IMG/VR virus record: IMGVR_UViG_3300022752_000071
Location: 1 to 61,365 of that record
Source of the DNA: a virus
Taxonomy: Duplodnaviria > Caudoviricetes
Length of the DNA: 61,365 bases
Strand: one strand, 5' to 3'
Made by a program: the position numbers and the translations under genes. How positions within the stretch are numbered: the stretch's first letter is position 1; every line of letters starts with the position of its first letter. Shown here in pieces: positions 1 through 9,194 of the stretch. Below the pieces are notes generated by a model. It was not told the DNA's origin. It did no database searches and worked only from the letters and a program-made list of their open reading frames with translations.

Positions 1-449
1 GCCCGTCGGCGCAGGCATCGCCCCAATCCAAGAGGTCGTCGCGCTCGCGTTCCATCTCCGAATACAGCGCGGCTACCGAGTCGGCCAAGTCGATGAGCGT
101 CATGTCATCGGTGCTGTTGACGTGCAGCCCGTCGAGAATGGCGCGGGTTTTTTCGCGTTCGACTTGCAGTTGCACGAGCATCGCGTCGAGTTCGTTTCCT
201 TCGGGGAGCTTCTGAACGCGAGCGCGCAGTTGCCACATAGGGTCATTGGGGTTCGTTGTCGGCATTGGTGTCTTTCGTTGGGGTGTCAATCAAGCCAGTC
301 GCACAAGTCGAGCGACGGGCAGGGGTCTCCGGTCCGTAGCGCCACCGCTAGATCGGAAGCGGCGAGCACTTGATCTTGATGGACGTGGTAGGTGTCCACA
401 CCGAGCAACAGCAGGGGTTCAGCGAGTTCGTGGTGCCGGTGGCAGGACC
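1..449. repeat. Terminal direct repeat / circular overlap, copy 1
   Basis: Matches 60917-61365 except at 128, 176, 245, 292, 334. Confidence 0.95.
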
Positions 450-753
450 AGGGTTCAGCGCAGGCACAGAGCAAGATCAGGTTCTCTGTTTGCTCTCGTG
501 CCACCAGCGGACGTAGGCACTCTTCCGGCGCGCGCTGCCACGTCGGCGACTTGGTGCGAAACGCCCGACCACCAAGCGTCTCGCCGTGCCACTCGTATCG
601 CTCTCCGAACTCGCGGGCCAAGTCCGCGCCGCGCCACCCCTGGCGACCCTGCGGTCGCGCGCGAACGTCCACGATGCGCGCGTTGAGCAGACCGACGAGT
701 TCGACGAAGACGTCGCCGCTGTCCGGTGTGTTGTATCCGAAGGAAAGAATCAC
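286..753 (-). CDS. DUF488-family protein
   Basis: GTG at 753 overlaps the upstream stop (GTGA); motifs SFGY, IVDVR..P, LGG, LLCAC.EP..CHR; repeat variants are synonymous in this frame. Confidence 0.75.
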   Translation of the reverse strand: MILSFGYNTPDSGDVFVELVGLLNARIVDVRARPQGRQGWRGADLAREFGERYEWHGETLGGRAFRTKSPTWQRAPEECLRPLVAREQTENLILLCACAEPWSCHRHHELAEPLLLLGVDTYHVHQDQVLAASDLAVALRTGDPCPSLDLCDWLD

Positions 754-1091
754 GTTCGCACTTTCTTCCAGAGGGCAAAGCCAGACGCCCACAAACCGCG
801 GGCCTGCTTCACCGTGTCGATGCCGCCGAGCCGGCCGAGCGCATCGCTGTCGCCCTTCTTGGCGCGTTCGATCTCGTCGTCCATGTCGTTGATGAGTTCG
901 AGAAGCATCCGCGCCAGCGCGTCTCGGTGGAACTCGCCCACCGCCATCGCGGTGCCGCGCGAACGCTCCAAGTGCTCGGCGATGTTCGCGGCGACGCGCG
1001 CCTCCTCGGTGTCCTCGTCGTCGAGGTAGCGACCGACGATCTCGATCTCCAAGAACGACGCTTGTGCTGGGGTGATGGGGAACAACTTCAT
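750..1091 (-). CDS. Hypothetical protein
   Basis: Acidic helical 113-aa ORF coupled to the next gene; promoter-like TTGCGT..TATTGT upstream. Confidence 0.7.
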   Translation of the reverse strand: MKLFPITPAQASFLEIEIVGRYLDDEDTEEARVAANIAEHLERSRGTAMAVGEFHRDALARMLLELINDMDDEIERAKKGDSDALGRLGGIDTVKQARGLWASGFALWKKVRT

Positions 1092-1268
1092 GGTGACGAG
1101 AGAACAATAGTCTTTCCGTCAAAAAACGCAAGCGTTTGAAACAACTTTTTTTGACGACGGAGTAAAAGCGAAACATTCCGAATACTTAGCGCGACAAGTA
1201 TTTTCGGGCCGCGTGGATTGTGGTGATAGTTGTTGCATTTGCTAGCCGAGAGCTATATCCACGCAGGC

Positions 1269-3698
1269 ATGCAACCACCCCATATTTCCGTCACCGCATG
1301 GCCCGGCCTGAACGCGAAACTCCCCGGCGTTCGGCAGGACATCACGCTCGAAGAACTCATCGACGACTTGCGACAGCCGGCGCAGTACCGGGGCAAGTGG
1401 GACCATCCCGGTTGGTCGCCGGGCGTGTTCGATCCGCCGCTTCGCAAGAGCGGCAACGTCCGCGAAATGTACTTGCTCGGCCTCGATTACGACGGCGACT
1501 CGGGCGCGACCATCGACGAGGCGCTCGCGTGCTGGGAGGGCGTTCGTGGTTTCCTCTACACCACCAAGAGCCACACGCCGCAGCAGCATCGCTTCCGCGT
1601 GATGCTCCTGCTCGACCGTCCGGTTTCGGCGGTGGAATACAAGCGGCTTTGGTTGCTCGCCGATGCGATGCTGAAGGAGATTGGCCATAAGGTCGATCCG
1701 CAGGCGAAGGACGCCGCACGCTTCTGGTACGCGCCGGGCACGGACGGAGCGCCGCACGAGCTTCACGACTTCGACGGTGAGCCGCTCGCGGTAGACGAGT
1801 GGCTTGACCAAGCACCAGAACTCGCCGCCGTCGTGAGCGCCTACGACTGGGACGAAGCCGACGCGCCGCCGGAAATCGTGGCGAATGCGAAGGCGTACCT
1901 TGCGGCGATGCCGCCCGCCATCAGCGGGCAGGGCGGGCACCCGACGACGTTCCGCGCTGCCGTCGCCCTTGTTCGAGGGTTCGGCTTGTCCCGCCGACAG
2001 GCAGTGGACGTGCTGATGACGGACTACAATCCGCGCTGCTTGCCGCAGTGGACCGAAGACGAGCTTCGCCACAAGGTCGAAGACGCCCACGCCAATTCAA
2101 CGCGACCGTGGGGGTACCTTCGCTCGCGCCCTACCATTCGCCTGGGTGTCGATCTCTTCCGCGTCGTCAACGATGCGGTGGCGGCACTCGCCCAGGCGAA
2201 GACGCTGTACCAGACGACGGGCCGACTCGTCCGCGTCGTGCGGGTTGAGGAGGCGGACGAAGGCAGGACGCAGGCTACGCGCGGCACGCCGCTCATCTCG
2301 CCGCTGACGCCGATGGCGCTGCACTCGCACCTTACGGAAATCGCCCGCTGGGAGTCGTTCGACAATCGAACGCAGACGTGGGTGCCGAAAGAGCCAAGCA
2401 AGAACGCCGTGCTCGCCCTCGCCGAACTCATGGAGTGGCCGGGAGTCCCTCCGATTGCCGGAATCACCGAAGTCCCCGTCATGCGCGCCGACGGCACGGT
2501 GCTCGACAAGCCTGGCTACGACAACGCCACGGGGTATCTCTACTTGAGCCAAGGCGCGTTCGAGCCAATCCAAGAGTTCCCCTCGCAGGTCGATGCTCGC
2601 GCCGCCCTCACCGACTTGGTCGAAGTCTGGCAGGACTTCCCCTTCAAGACCGAAGCCGACAGGTTCATCCCCATTGCGGCGCTGCTCACCCTCGTCGCCC
2701 GTCCCGCCATCACCGGCAACGTGCCCTTGATTGCGTTCGATGCCCCCTTGAAGGGCACCGGCAAGACGCTCGCCATCGACAGCGTCGGTGTCATCGCGAC
2801 GGGTCGACCGAGCTACAAGATCAATTGGACCGGAAACGAGGACGAGCAGGAAAAGCAGTTGAACAGCTACGCGCGCCTCCGCACGCCGCTCGTCAACTTC
2901 GACAACGCCAACACGCCGATTCGCGGTGCGGCATTGGAGCGCGTGCTGACGAGCCGGGGGCGCGTGGCGTTGCGAGTTCTTGGTTCGTCGACCATCGAGG
3001 AGCACATCTGGAAGACGGTCATCTTCGTCTCGGGCAATCAGTTGAAGATTGCTTCCGACATGACGCGACGCACGCTTCGCTGCCGCATGGTTCCGCGGCA
3101 CGAGCGCCCAAGCGAACGGCCCCTCGACACGTTCGCGCACAACGACTTGCTTTCTTGGTGCCGACAGGAGCGCGAGCGGCTCATTGACAGCGCCCTCACC
3201 CTGCTCCGCGCCTACGTCGTCGCCGGCAAACCGCGGCAGGACATCGGCAATCGCGGAGGGTTCGAGGAATGGATCGAACTCATCGCAGGGGCCATCAAGT
3301 GGGCGGGCGGTCCCGACATTCTCACTTGCTGGGACCACGAGGACGATGACGACGAGCAGCGACAGGCGCATGTCGCGTTGCTCGAATGGTGGAAAGAACG
3401 CTGGCCGGACGGCACCACGTCGAAGGAGGCCCTTGCCGACTTGCAGTCTCCGTCTACGTCTCTCGGAGGACAGGCTCGCCGAGCCGAGGTGCTTGATGCT
3501 GTTCGAGTTCTTTGCGGCCTCACGGACGTGAAGAGCCTTTCGGCAAGGGAACTCGGCTTCGCGTTGCGTACGCTTCGCGAGGTCTACGTTGGCGGGAAGT
3601 TCTTCGATTCAGGCAAGAACACCAACGCCGGCAAGCTGTGGCTTGTCACTTCGCACGCAGAGCAGCAGGCAGCGCTCGCAAGCGACGCGGCCCAGTAG
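1269..3698 (+). CDS. Primase / P-loop helicase fusion (replication protein)
   Basis: N-terminal prim-pol-like region (LGLDYD, YTTKSH, RFRV), PriCT-like helical region, Walker A APLKGTGKT; ATG at 1269 preferred. Confidence 0.8.
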   Translation: MQPPHISVTAWPGLNAKLPGVRQDITLEELIDDLRQPAQYRGKWDHPGWSPGVFDPPLRKSGNVREMYLLGLDYDGDSGATIDEALACWEGVRGFLYTTKSHTPQQHRFRVMLLLDRPVSAVEYKRLWLLADAMLKEIGHKVDPQAKDAARFWYAPGTDGAPHELHDFDGEPLAVDEWLDQAPELAAVVSAYDWDEADAPPEIVANAKAYLAAMPPAISGQGGHPTTFRAAVALVRGFGLSRRQAVDVLMTDYNPRCLPQWTEDELRHKVEDAHANSTRPWGYLRSRPTIRLGVDLFRVVNDAVAALAQAKTLYQTTGRLVRVVRVEEADEGRTQATRGTPLISPLTPMALHSHLTEIARWESFDNRTQTWVPKEPSKNAVLALAELMEWPGVPPIAGITEVPVMRADGTVLDKPGYDNATGYLYLSQGAFEPIQEFPSQVDARAALTDLVEVWQDFPFKTEADRFIPIAALLTLVARPAITGNVPLIAFDAPLKGTGKTLAIDSVGVIATGRPSYKINWTGNEDEQEKQLNSYARLRTPLVNFDNANTPIRGAALERVLTSRGRVALRVLGSSTIEEHIWKTVIFVSGNQLKIASDMTRRTLRCRMVPRHERPSERPLDTFAHNDLLSWCRQERERLIDSALTLLRAYVVAGKPRQDIGNRGGFEEWIELIAGAIKWAGGPDILTCWDHEDDDDEQRQAHVALLEWWKERWPDGTTSKEALADLQSPSTSLGGQARRAEVLDAVRVLCGLTDVKSLSARELGFALRTLREVYVGGKFFDSGKNTNAGKLWLVTSHAEQQAALASDAAQ

Positions 3699-3728
3699 CA
3701 GCGAGGGGCACAGCGAGGGACACAGCGA

Positions 3729-3761
3729 GGGGATACTGAAGATTCTTTCTTCGGTATCCCC
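3729..3761 (+). terminator. Hairpin after primase gene
   Basis: ggggatactgaaga / tcttcggtatcccc 14-bp stem, preceded by 3 x cagcgaggg. Confidence 0.5.
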
Positions 3762-3764
3762 ACT

Positions 3765-3946
3765 CACAACCTGACCGGCCGTCCGCGCTTTTCCTTGAGA
3801 CGGCCCGCTGCCCGACGAACTTGCAACCCAACCGCCCACCGCAAAATCGAAGATTGGTTTTCCCGCCCGACGCCAGCACAACCTAACCGGCTGCCGCGCA
3901 CAACCTAACCGGCTTTCGCCCCGACGTTCTCACAACCTGATCGGCT
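3765..3946. repeat. Iteron-like repeats CACAACCTRAYCGGC
   Basis: Copies at 3765, 3877, 3899, 3931. Confidence 0.8.
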
Positions 3947-4132
3947 TCCGCGAACTCTCTCGAAGGCTCATATAGGTAATTACGAATTGCGAATTGCGAA
4001 TTACCGAGCGCCTCACCCTTCATCCCTCACCGCCCTACCATCAAGCCAATCGCGCTTAGGCTGACGCCTTAAGTCAGGCCGTCGTGCTATTAATTTGGGC
4101 CGCCTTTCGCGCCGCCCCCGGTCGCCGCGCGT

Positions 4133-4340
4133 GCGTCGGTCGCCGCGCGCGCGTGTGGGTGCGTGTGGGTGCGCGTGCGTGCGCGAGGGCGGACTACGCC
4201 GCGCGCGCGTCGGTCGCCGCGCGCGCGTGTGGGTGCGTGTGGGTGCGCGTGCGTGCGCGAGGGCGGACTACGCCGCGAGGGGGAGCCGAGGACGAGCCGA
4301 GGACGAGCCGAGGACGAGCCGAGGGCGGACTACGCCGCGA
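4133..4340. repeat. 74-bp tandem duplication, (gagccgaggac)n and 3 x GGCG-gacta-CGCC hairpin
   Basis: Units start at 4133 and 4207; long alternating purine/pyrimidine runs. Confidence 0.85.
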
Positions 4341-4677
4341 GGGGGAGGGGGAGGGGGAGCATGTGGACGGACGCCACGTCCAGGCGCTCGGAGGACGTCG
4401 CCAGCGCGCGGAGGGACGCGCGGTGGAGCGTCTCGATCTCCGCGTCCGCGTCGACCGAGGCGACGCTCGCCATAGCCTCACCCCAGGCCATCGCGACCGC
4501 GACCGGGTCGATCAGTTCAACATCCGAGACGTCGAGGACGATTACCGCGTCGACGTCCGCGGGGACATCGGGCAGCGCGACCGAGCCCATTGCGAGCACC
4601 GCGAGGGTAGCGGCGACGAAGGACCAGCTAGCGCAGATCGGCAGGGCGAGCAAAGCGACGAAGATGGCGAGAGTCAT
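4330..4677 (-). CDS. Hypothetical membrane protein
   Basis: Hydrophobic N-terminus; GGAG RBS and promoter upstream. Confidence 0.6.
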   Translation of the reverse strand: MTLAIFVALLALPICASWSFVAATLAVLAMGSVALPDVPADVDAVIVLDVSDVELIDPVAVAMAWGEAMASVASVDADAEIETLHRASLRALATSSERLDVASVHMLPLPLPLAA

Positions 4678-4716
4678 GGTGGGGGGTCTCCGTTGGGGGG
4701 TGTCGAGGACAAGAGG

Positions 4717-4745
4717 ACGTTACACACTAGCGTGTCGAAACGCAA
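4717..4745 (-). promoter_or_regulatory. Sigma70-like promoter
   Basis: TTGCGT-N17-TAACGT. Confidence 0.5.
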
Positions 4746-4812
4746 GTATTAATTCCCTCCCCTTTGTCGATTTTCGCGAATCGCGGCAAATTGCGGGCGA
4801 TCCGCGAGCCAC

Positions 4813-4851
4813 AAAATGAAACGACCCCCGATCGAGGGGCCGATCGGGGGT
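4813..4851 (-). terminator. Intrinsic terminator
   Basis: 11-bp stem acccccgatcg / cgatcgggggt followed by a T-rich run on the minus strand. Confidence 0.7.
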
Positions 4852-4879
4852 TAGTAGCGGGAGGGGAGGGGAGGCTAGG

Positions 4880-5635
4880 TCATCCCCTCACTGGCATCAC
4901 GAGCGCGAGCGCGTCCGTGCCGTCTCGTCCCTCGATGTCGTACCGCATGGGGGCAAGGTAGGCCCATTCGCCTTGATCCTTCGCCGCCCCCCACGAGCGA
5001 TCGGGACGCCATTCGGCGTCTGCGATCGAGGCGCGGACGCTGGTCGCGCCGACGGCGTCCGCGACGTCCGCGAGCCGGGCGAGGTAGTGTGGATCGGCAT
5101 ACCAGATCGCGCTACCAGTAGCAGCGCCCGCGTCCGGCGTCGTCCCGTGCGTGCGTCGCGCGGGAATGACTTGGTCGACGGGGGGGTACTGCATCCCGCC
5201 ATCGATCACGACTTGCGACGTTGTCGAGGGGGAGCCGAGCATCGGGTCTCCCTCCCCCTTGCGTCCGGCGTGGGGGACGGTCGCGACGTCCGCGTGGAGG
5301 ATGGGTGAACCTTCGACTTGCGAGCCGATCGCGATCGCGATCGACTCGCGGGCACCGCATGCCTTGACCGCGCGCATCATGGTCGATCGGGGGATGACCG
5401 CGTATCCCTGGGGGGAGTAAGCGGGGATCGGCGTCGACCCACCCGTCCGCCCGCGGAGGAGGAGCAGGGTATGTCCGTCCGTCGCGATCGCCTCCGGGCG
5501 TCCGTCGACATAGCGCAGGCACACCGAGCACAGCGCGGTGCGCGTCTCGTCGGTCGACGCAAAGGCTAGCAGGGCCTTCGCTTCGGCTTTTGAGAAAGTG
5601 AGGTAAACGCGGGAATCGTGGCTGTAGGTCTGCAT
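4880..5635 (-). CDS. Truncated beta-sliding-clamp (DnaN)-like protein
   Basis: FASTDETR..L, IATDGH, VIPR, YPPVDQVIP, DPHYL resemble DnaN middle and C-terminal motifs. Confidence 0.65.
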   Translation of the reverse strand: MQTYSHDSRVYLTFSKAEAKALLAFASTDETRTALCSVCLRYVDGRPEAIATDGHTLLLLRGRTGGSTPIPAYSPQGYAVIPRSTMMRAVKACGARESIAIAIGSQVEGSPILHADVATVPHAGRKGEGDPMLGSPSTTSQVVIDGGMQYPPVDQVIPARRTHGTTPDAGAATGSAIWYADPHYLARLADVADAVGATSVRASIADAEWRPDRSWGAAKDQGEWAYLAPMRYDIEGRDGTDALALVMPVRG

Positions 5636-5670
5636 GGTGGGTTTCTCCGTTGCTAGGTGGGGCGAGGGGG

Positions 5671-5853
5671 TTATCGGTGGGGACGCGGCCGGGGTGCCGG
5701 CCGGGGTGCCGGCCGATAGACTGGCCGGGAGTAGTGCGCGCGCACTACTGGCCCGGCATGCCGCGGGGGATCGTCGGGGGCCAGCGCGACTAGTCCGCCG
5801 AGCGCCGCGCCAAATAGCGCGGCCCCCAGGGCTTCAAGGATGGATCGGGTCAT
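5671..5853 (-). CDS. Small membrane protein
   Basis: TM segment and Pro/Arg tail; ATGA-coupled to upstream gene. Confidence 0.5.
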   Translation of the reverse strand: MTRSILEALGAALFGAALGGLVALAPDDPPRHAGPVVRAHYSRPVYRPAPRPAPRPRPHR

Positions 5854-6329
5854 GGCGCGCGGTATGCCTCGATAAAGCGGCCGTCCGCGTAGGTGAGGCA
5901 GACTCGCAGCGCCACCGGGCCGCGCGTCTCTTCGTCGTCGGTCTCGACCGACGTCTGGACTAGTTCGACACGCGCGGCTACGTCTGCGGCAATCTCGATC
6001 GCTGCGAGGCGATCACGCTCCGCGCGGAGCGCGCGCCATAGTGCGGGCGACGGCGTTTCGTCATCGCCGATTGCGGTCTCATGAGTGACTGCACCGCACC
6101 ACGGCAGGGTGTGGAGACGCACGTAGCCGAGCGATTTCGCAATCCCCCACAAATATTCCCCGATCTTCCGCTTGTACGGGTCGGAATGTGGGCCGAGTGT
6201 CGCGAGCCATGCGGATTCTTCCGCGTCATGCATTCCCGCCGCGGTGGCGAGCCGCGCAACGGCCGCGAGGCGCTCCGAGCGCGCGGTCGGATGATTGAGC
6301 ATGTAGTTGGTCTCGATCCAGTTGTTCAT
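5850..6329 (-). CDS. Hypothetical protein
   Basis: AAGGA RBS; ATGA overlap. Confidence 0.7.
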   Translation of the reverse strand: MNNWIETNYMLNHPTARSERLAAVARLATAAGMHDAEESAWLATLGPHSDPYKRKIGEYLWGIAKSLGYVRLHTLPWCGAVTHETAIGDDETPSPALWRALRAERDRLAAIEIAADVAARVELVQTSVETDDEETRGPVALRVCLTYADGRFIEAYRAP

Positions 6330-6362
6330 GGGTTCCTTCGTAGGGGTGGGTGCGTCCGTCGC

Positions 6363-6426
6363 ACCCTTCGGCCGCTCACGGGAGGGTGAGCGGCCGAAGG
6401 GTACGCCCGACCGGACGACGGTCGGG
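6363..6426. promoter_or_regulatory. Two adjacent intergenic hairpins
   Basis: Perfect 17-bp stem 6363-6379 / 6386-6402 and 8-bp stem 6406-6413 / 6419-6426. Confidence 0.7.
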
Positions 6427-6434
6427 TGTCCCTG

Positions 6435-7493
6435 TCAGCCGTCCAAGATCCAATCGAGGAGGCCGGCCTGCTCGGCCGGCACGCCCATCGCGACCGCTTC
6501 GGCGACCGCGACCGCTTCGACGCTGCCGTCCGGCCGGACGACTTCGACAAGACGTTCGATTACGGTCTCGATCTCCGCGATCCGCTTGCTCCGCGCTCCG
6601 AAGAGGAGACTGTCTAGGCGGTCCGCTCCCCCGCGACATTCGCGCGTTGCGCCGTCCGCTTCGCGATCGACCAGCCACGTAGCGGCATTCCACAGGCTGG
6701 CGACATTGCCGGCCGCACCGCCGACGGCGTTTTCGGGGCGGCGGGCCGCGATCCTCGCGTCCGTCCGCTCGTTCTCCGCGCGGGTCTTCGCACGCTGCGA
6801 AGCATCGTCGGGCGCGGAGGGAAACAGCGCGTCAAACGCTTCGCGCGCGGCGTCGGCGGGGAGAACGGTGCGGCTCGCTCGCTCGTACAATTCGCGCACC
6901 TTGCGTCCGCTGGCGATCGATTCGCCGATCGTGTCGGCGAGCACGTTTACCTTCTCTTCAAGGGATGCGGTGTGCCGCAGTCTGGCCATTCCCTTGCCAT
7001 CGCTCGACATCGCTGCTTTGAGGGTGTTCGCACAAACGACTCGGACGCTGCTCGTTCCCGCGGTTAACTGAAGCGTGCCGTCGAAGCTATCGGCCAACAT
7101 GAGATGGTCGACGAGACCGCTACCGCTACCGATCTCGAACGTCGCGAGCACTCGCGTGCCATCGCGAAGCGAGAACGCCCCGGTGGGTCGCGCACCGGCA
7201 GCGGTAGCAGCGCGAACCAGGGTCCGCCACTCATCCGGCGTCGTTGCGCGGTAGCGGTCGCCGACGACGGAGAGCGCCCGATCGGGGTGCGCGAGGTAGG
7301 ACGCGACGATCGCGGAGCCCGGAGCCCGGAGCCCGCCGGACGTGTAGACGTCCTCCGAGCGGAGAGCGATAGGCCACGCGCCCGAAGTCTCGCCGTGCGC
7401 GACGATGTCCTCCGCGGTGTGCATCTCCGCGACCGTTTCGAGACCGTGCCAAGACGATGCGGCGAGCACGCCGCGATGCCATTCGTGAGCCAT
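6435..7493 (-). CDS. DUF932/DUF945-like phage/plasmid protein
   Basis: MAHE..WHGL, VVGDRY, GAFSLRDG, DSFDG, VRVVCANTL, RHT; AAAGGA RBS before ATG 7493. Confidence 0.8.
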   Translation of the reverse strand: MAHEWHRGVLAASSWHGLETVAEMHTAEDIVAHGETSGAWPIALRSEDVYTSGGLRAPGSAIVASYLAHPDRALSVVGDRYRATTPDEWRTLVRAATAAGARPTGAFSLRDGTRVLATFEIGSGSGLVDHLMLADSFDGTLQLTAGTSSVRVVCANTLKAAMSSDGKGMARLRHTASLEEKVNVLADTIGESIASGRKVRELYERASRTVLPADAAREAFDALFPSAPDDASQRAKTRAENERTDARIAARRPENAVGGAAGNVASLWNAATWLVDREADGATRECRGGADRLDSLLFGARSKRIAEIETVIERLVEVVRPDGSVEAVAVAEAVAMGVPAEQAGLLDWILDG

Positions 7494-7979
7494 GTGGTGG
7501 TTTCCTTTCGTTCGGTGGGGCGCGCCGTCGCGCCGTTTGACGAAAGAGTTATGACACGCGACTATTAATCGGAGCAAGCAAAAATCGTCCTGCGATGTCG
7601 ATTTTTCTCAATTCGCGGAAATCCCCTGCGATTTCGGCGCTTTGCGGGATTCGCGAATTTCTCACGCGGGCCACCGCGGCGAACGGCCGCACAAATAAAG
7701 GAACCGCGCGCGCCCGCGCGAATAGTCGAAAGCGTTAAACAACGCAAGGGGAAAAGCACGGCCGCGTGACGATTTTAGGGGTGCTCGGGTGTAGGTATTA
7801 ACTTACCCGTTAAATTCCCGGGGAAAATCGGGATTTCCGTTTTAACGCATTTTCGGCACTAAAACGGGTCAAGGTAGCACAATAGCGTGTCGATGCGTTA
7901 TAAAGGCGTTTGGGCGGCTTCGCGGGCATCACGGAATAAAACGATATCGTGCGAAAAGTCTTGACGGCACCCCAAAAAT

Positions 7980-8110
7980 CGGTGGTGGTAGTGACTCGTG
8001 GATCAGTCCTAGCCTATAGAGAATGCAATTTATAATTGCGTATTTAAGCGTTTAGATAATATTGCGATCCCTATAGGGGTGGGCCAGAATTGGACTCACT
8101 ACCACCACCG
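7980..8110. promoter_or_regulatory. 131-bp imperfect dyad-symmetric element with AT-rich core
   Basis: 15-bp perfect outer inverted repeat plus in-register cctatag and gcaat blocks. Confidence 0.75.
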
Positions 8111-8180
8111 CGCGCGGGGCGCGCGTCATCGCGCGCGGTGGCGCTTGCCTTGCGCTCGTGTGGTGGGGCATACTTGACGC

Positions 8181-8654
8181 ATGCCGAAAATCGTGCGTCG
8201 GTTGACGTTGATCGAAGTCGCCACGCTGCTCGGCTGGCCTACGGACGGGCCGCCGATTGCAGCGCGTAAGCGGACGCGGGATCGCCTCCGGGCTATCGAA
8301 GCGCGGACTGGGGTCTCGCTCATTCGCCGCGGTGGGGGGCGTGGCAACCCTTCGACCGTTGCGTGGTCGTCGCTCCGTGCCGCTGGTCTAGTCGACGACG
8401 TCGCCGCTACAGCGGAGAGACTCCGCGAGGAACGGGACGAGCTAGCGCGGAGCGTCGCGACGCTACGTCGCGCATTGTCTCGGCTCGCGCGTCGCGTGAT
8501 GGCGCTCGAACAGGGACAGCCCCCCGCGCGTCGGCCACGCCGCCGCACGTGGCGACACCACGAGACCGCCGGAACGGCGCGCGCATCGACGCCCGACCCC
8601 TCGGTCGTGGCGCTCGCCGCGGCCGCGATGTCGCCGACGGATTCGGCCGGTTAG
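8181..8654 (+). CDS. Putative HTH / coiled-coil DNA-binding protein
   Basis: LTLIEVATLLGW HTH-like start and heptad region; CATACT just upstream (possibly leaderless). Confidence 0.55.
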   Translation: MPKIVRRLTLIEVATLLGWPTDGPPIAARKRTRDRLRAIEARTGVSLIRRGGGRGNPSTVAWSSLRAAGLVDDVAATAERLREERDELARSVATLRRALSRLARRVMALEQGQPPARRPRRRTWRHHETAGTARASTPDPSVVALAAAAMSPTDSAG

Positions 8655-8782
8655 CGGACGCCGAACGCGATCGCGGACCCTTTCGATCGCGCTGATTTTC
8701 CCAGCATCTTCTTCCACTGCCCCCCCTCCCGCGCGGGAAAATGCAGGGAATCCGCGCGCGGCCCGTTGCTTCGCGCGTGCGC

Positions 8783-8811
8783 GCTCGGCTCGGCTCGGCT
8801 CGGCTCGGCTC
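8783..8811. repeat. (GGCTC)n simple repeat
   Basis: About 6 tandem pentamers. Confidence 0.85.
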
Positions 8812-8919
8812 GCCGCGGTTCGCCGATTGCACTAGTTCGTCCGCGGTTCGGCCGGTTAGGCTATATGCAAGGGGTGTGCCTAATGGAGGAAAATCGCCGA
8901 TCACGCGGTGGTCCACACA

Positions 8920-9140
8920 CAACCTGGGTGGCCGAATCGGTGTTTTCGAAAAAAGACAACCTGGGTGGCCGAATCGGTGTTTTTGAAAAACGGCAACCCA
9001 GCCGGACGAATCGGTGTTTTTGGAAAACGGCAATTCAGCCGGACGCGGAGCGGTTTTCCGACGCCCGAACAACCCAGCCGGACGCGGAGTGGTTCTCCGA
9101 CGCCCGAACAACCCAGACGGACGCGGAGCAAGCAGAACAA
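8920..9140. repeat. Graded tandem array of 37-39 bp units
   Basis: Units start at 8920, 8957, 8994, 9031, 9070, 9109. Confidence 0.85.
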
Positions 9141-9194
9141 CACGATTGCTTAAAACAAAAGCGTGTTACGCGGTTTTGTGCGGGTGCGTTCTAC

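Noticed and set aside
754-1176. 296-aa version of the DUF488-like ORF
   Set aside because: Upstream part overlaps the 750-1091 gene and reads as a shadow frame.
4084-4819. Plus-strand Arg/Val-rich ORFs
   Set aside because: Translations of low-complexity repeats.
8920-9140. CRISPR array
   Set aside because: Units are contiguous and change gradually; no unique spacers and no cas operon.
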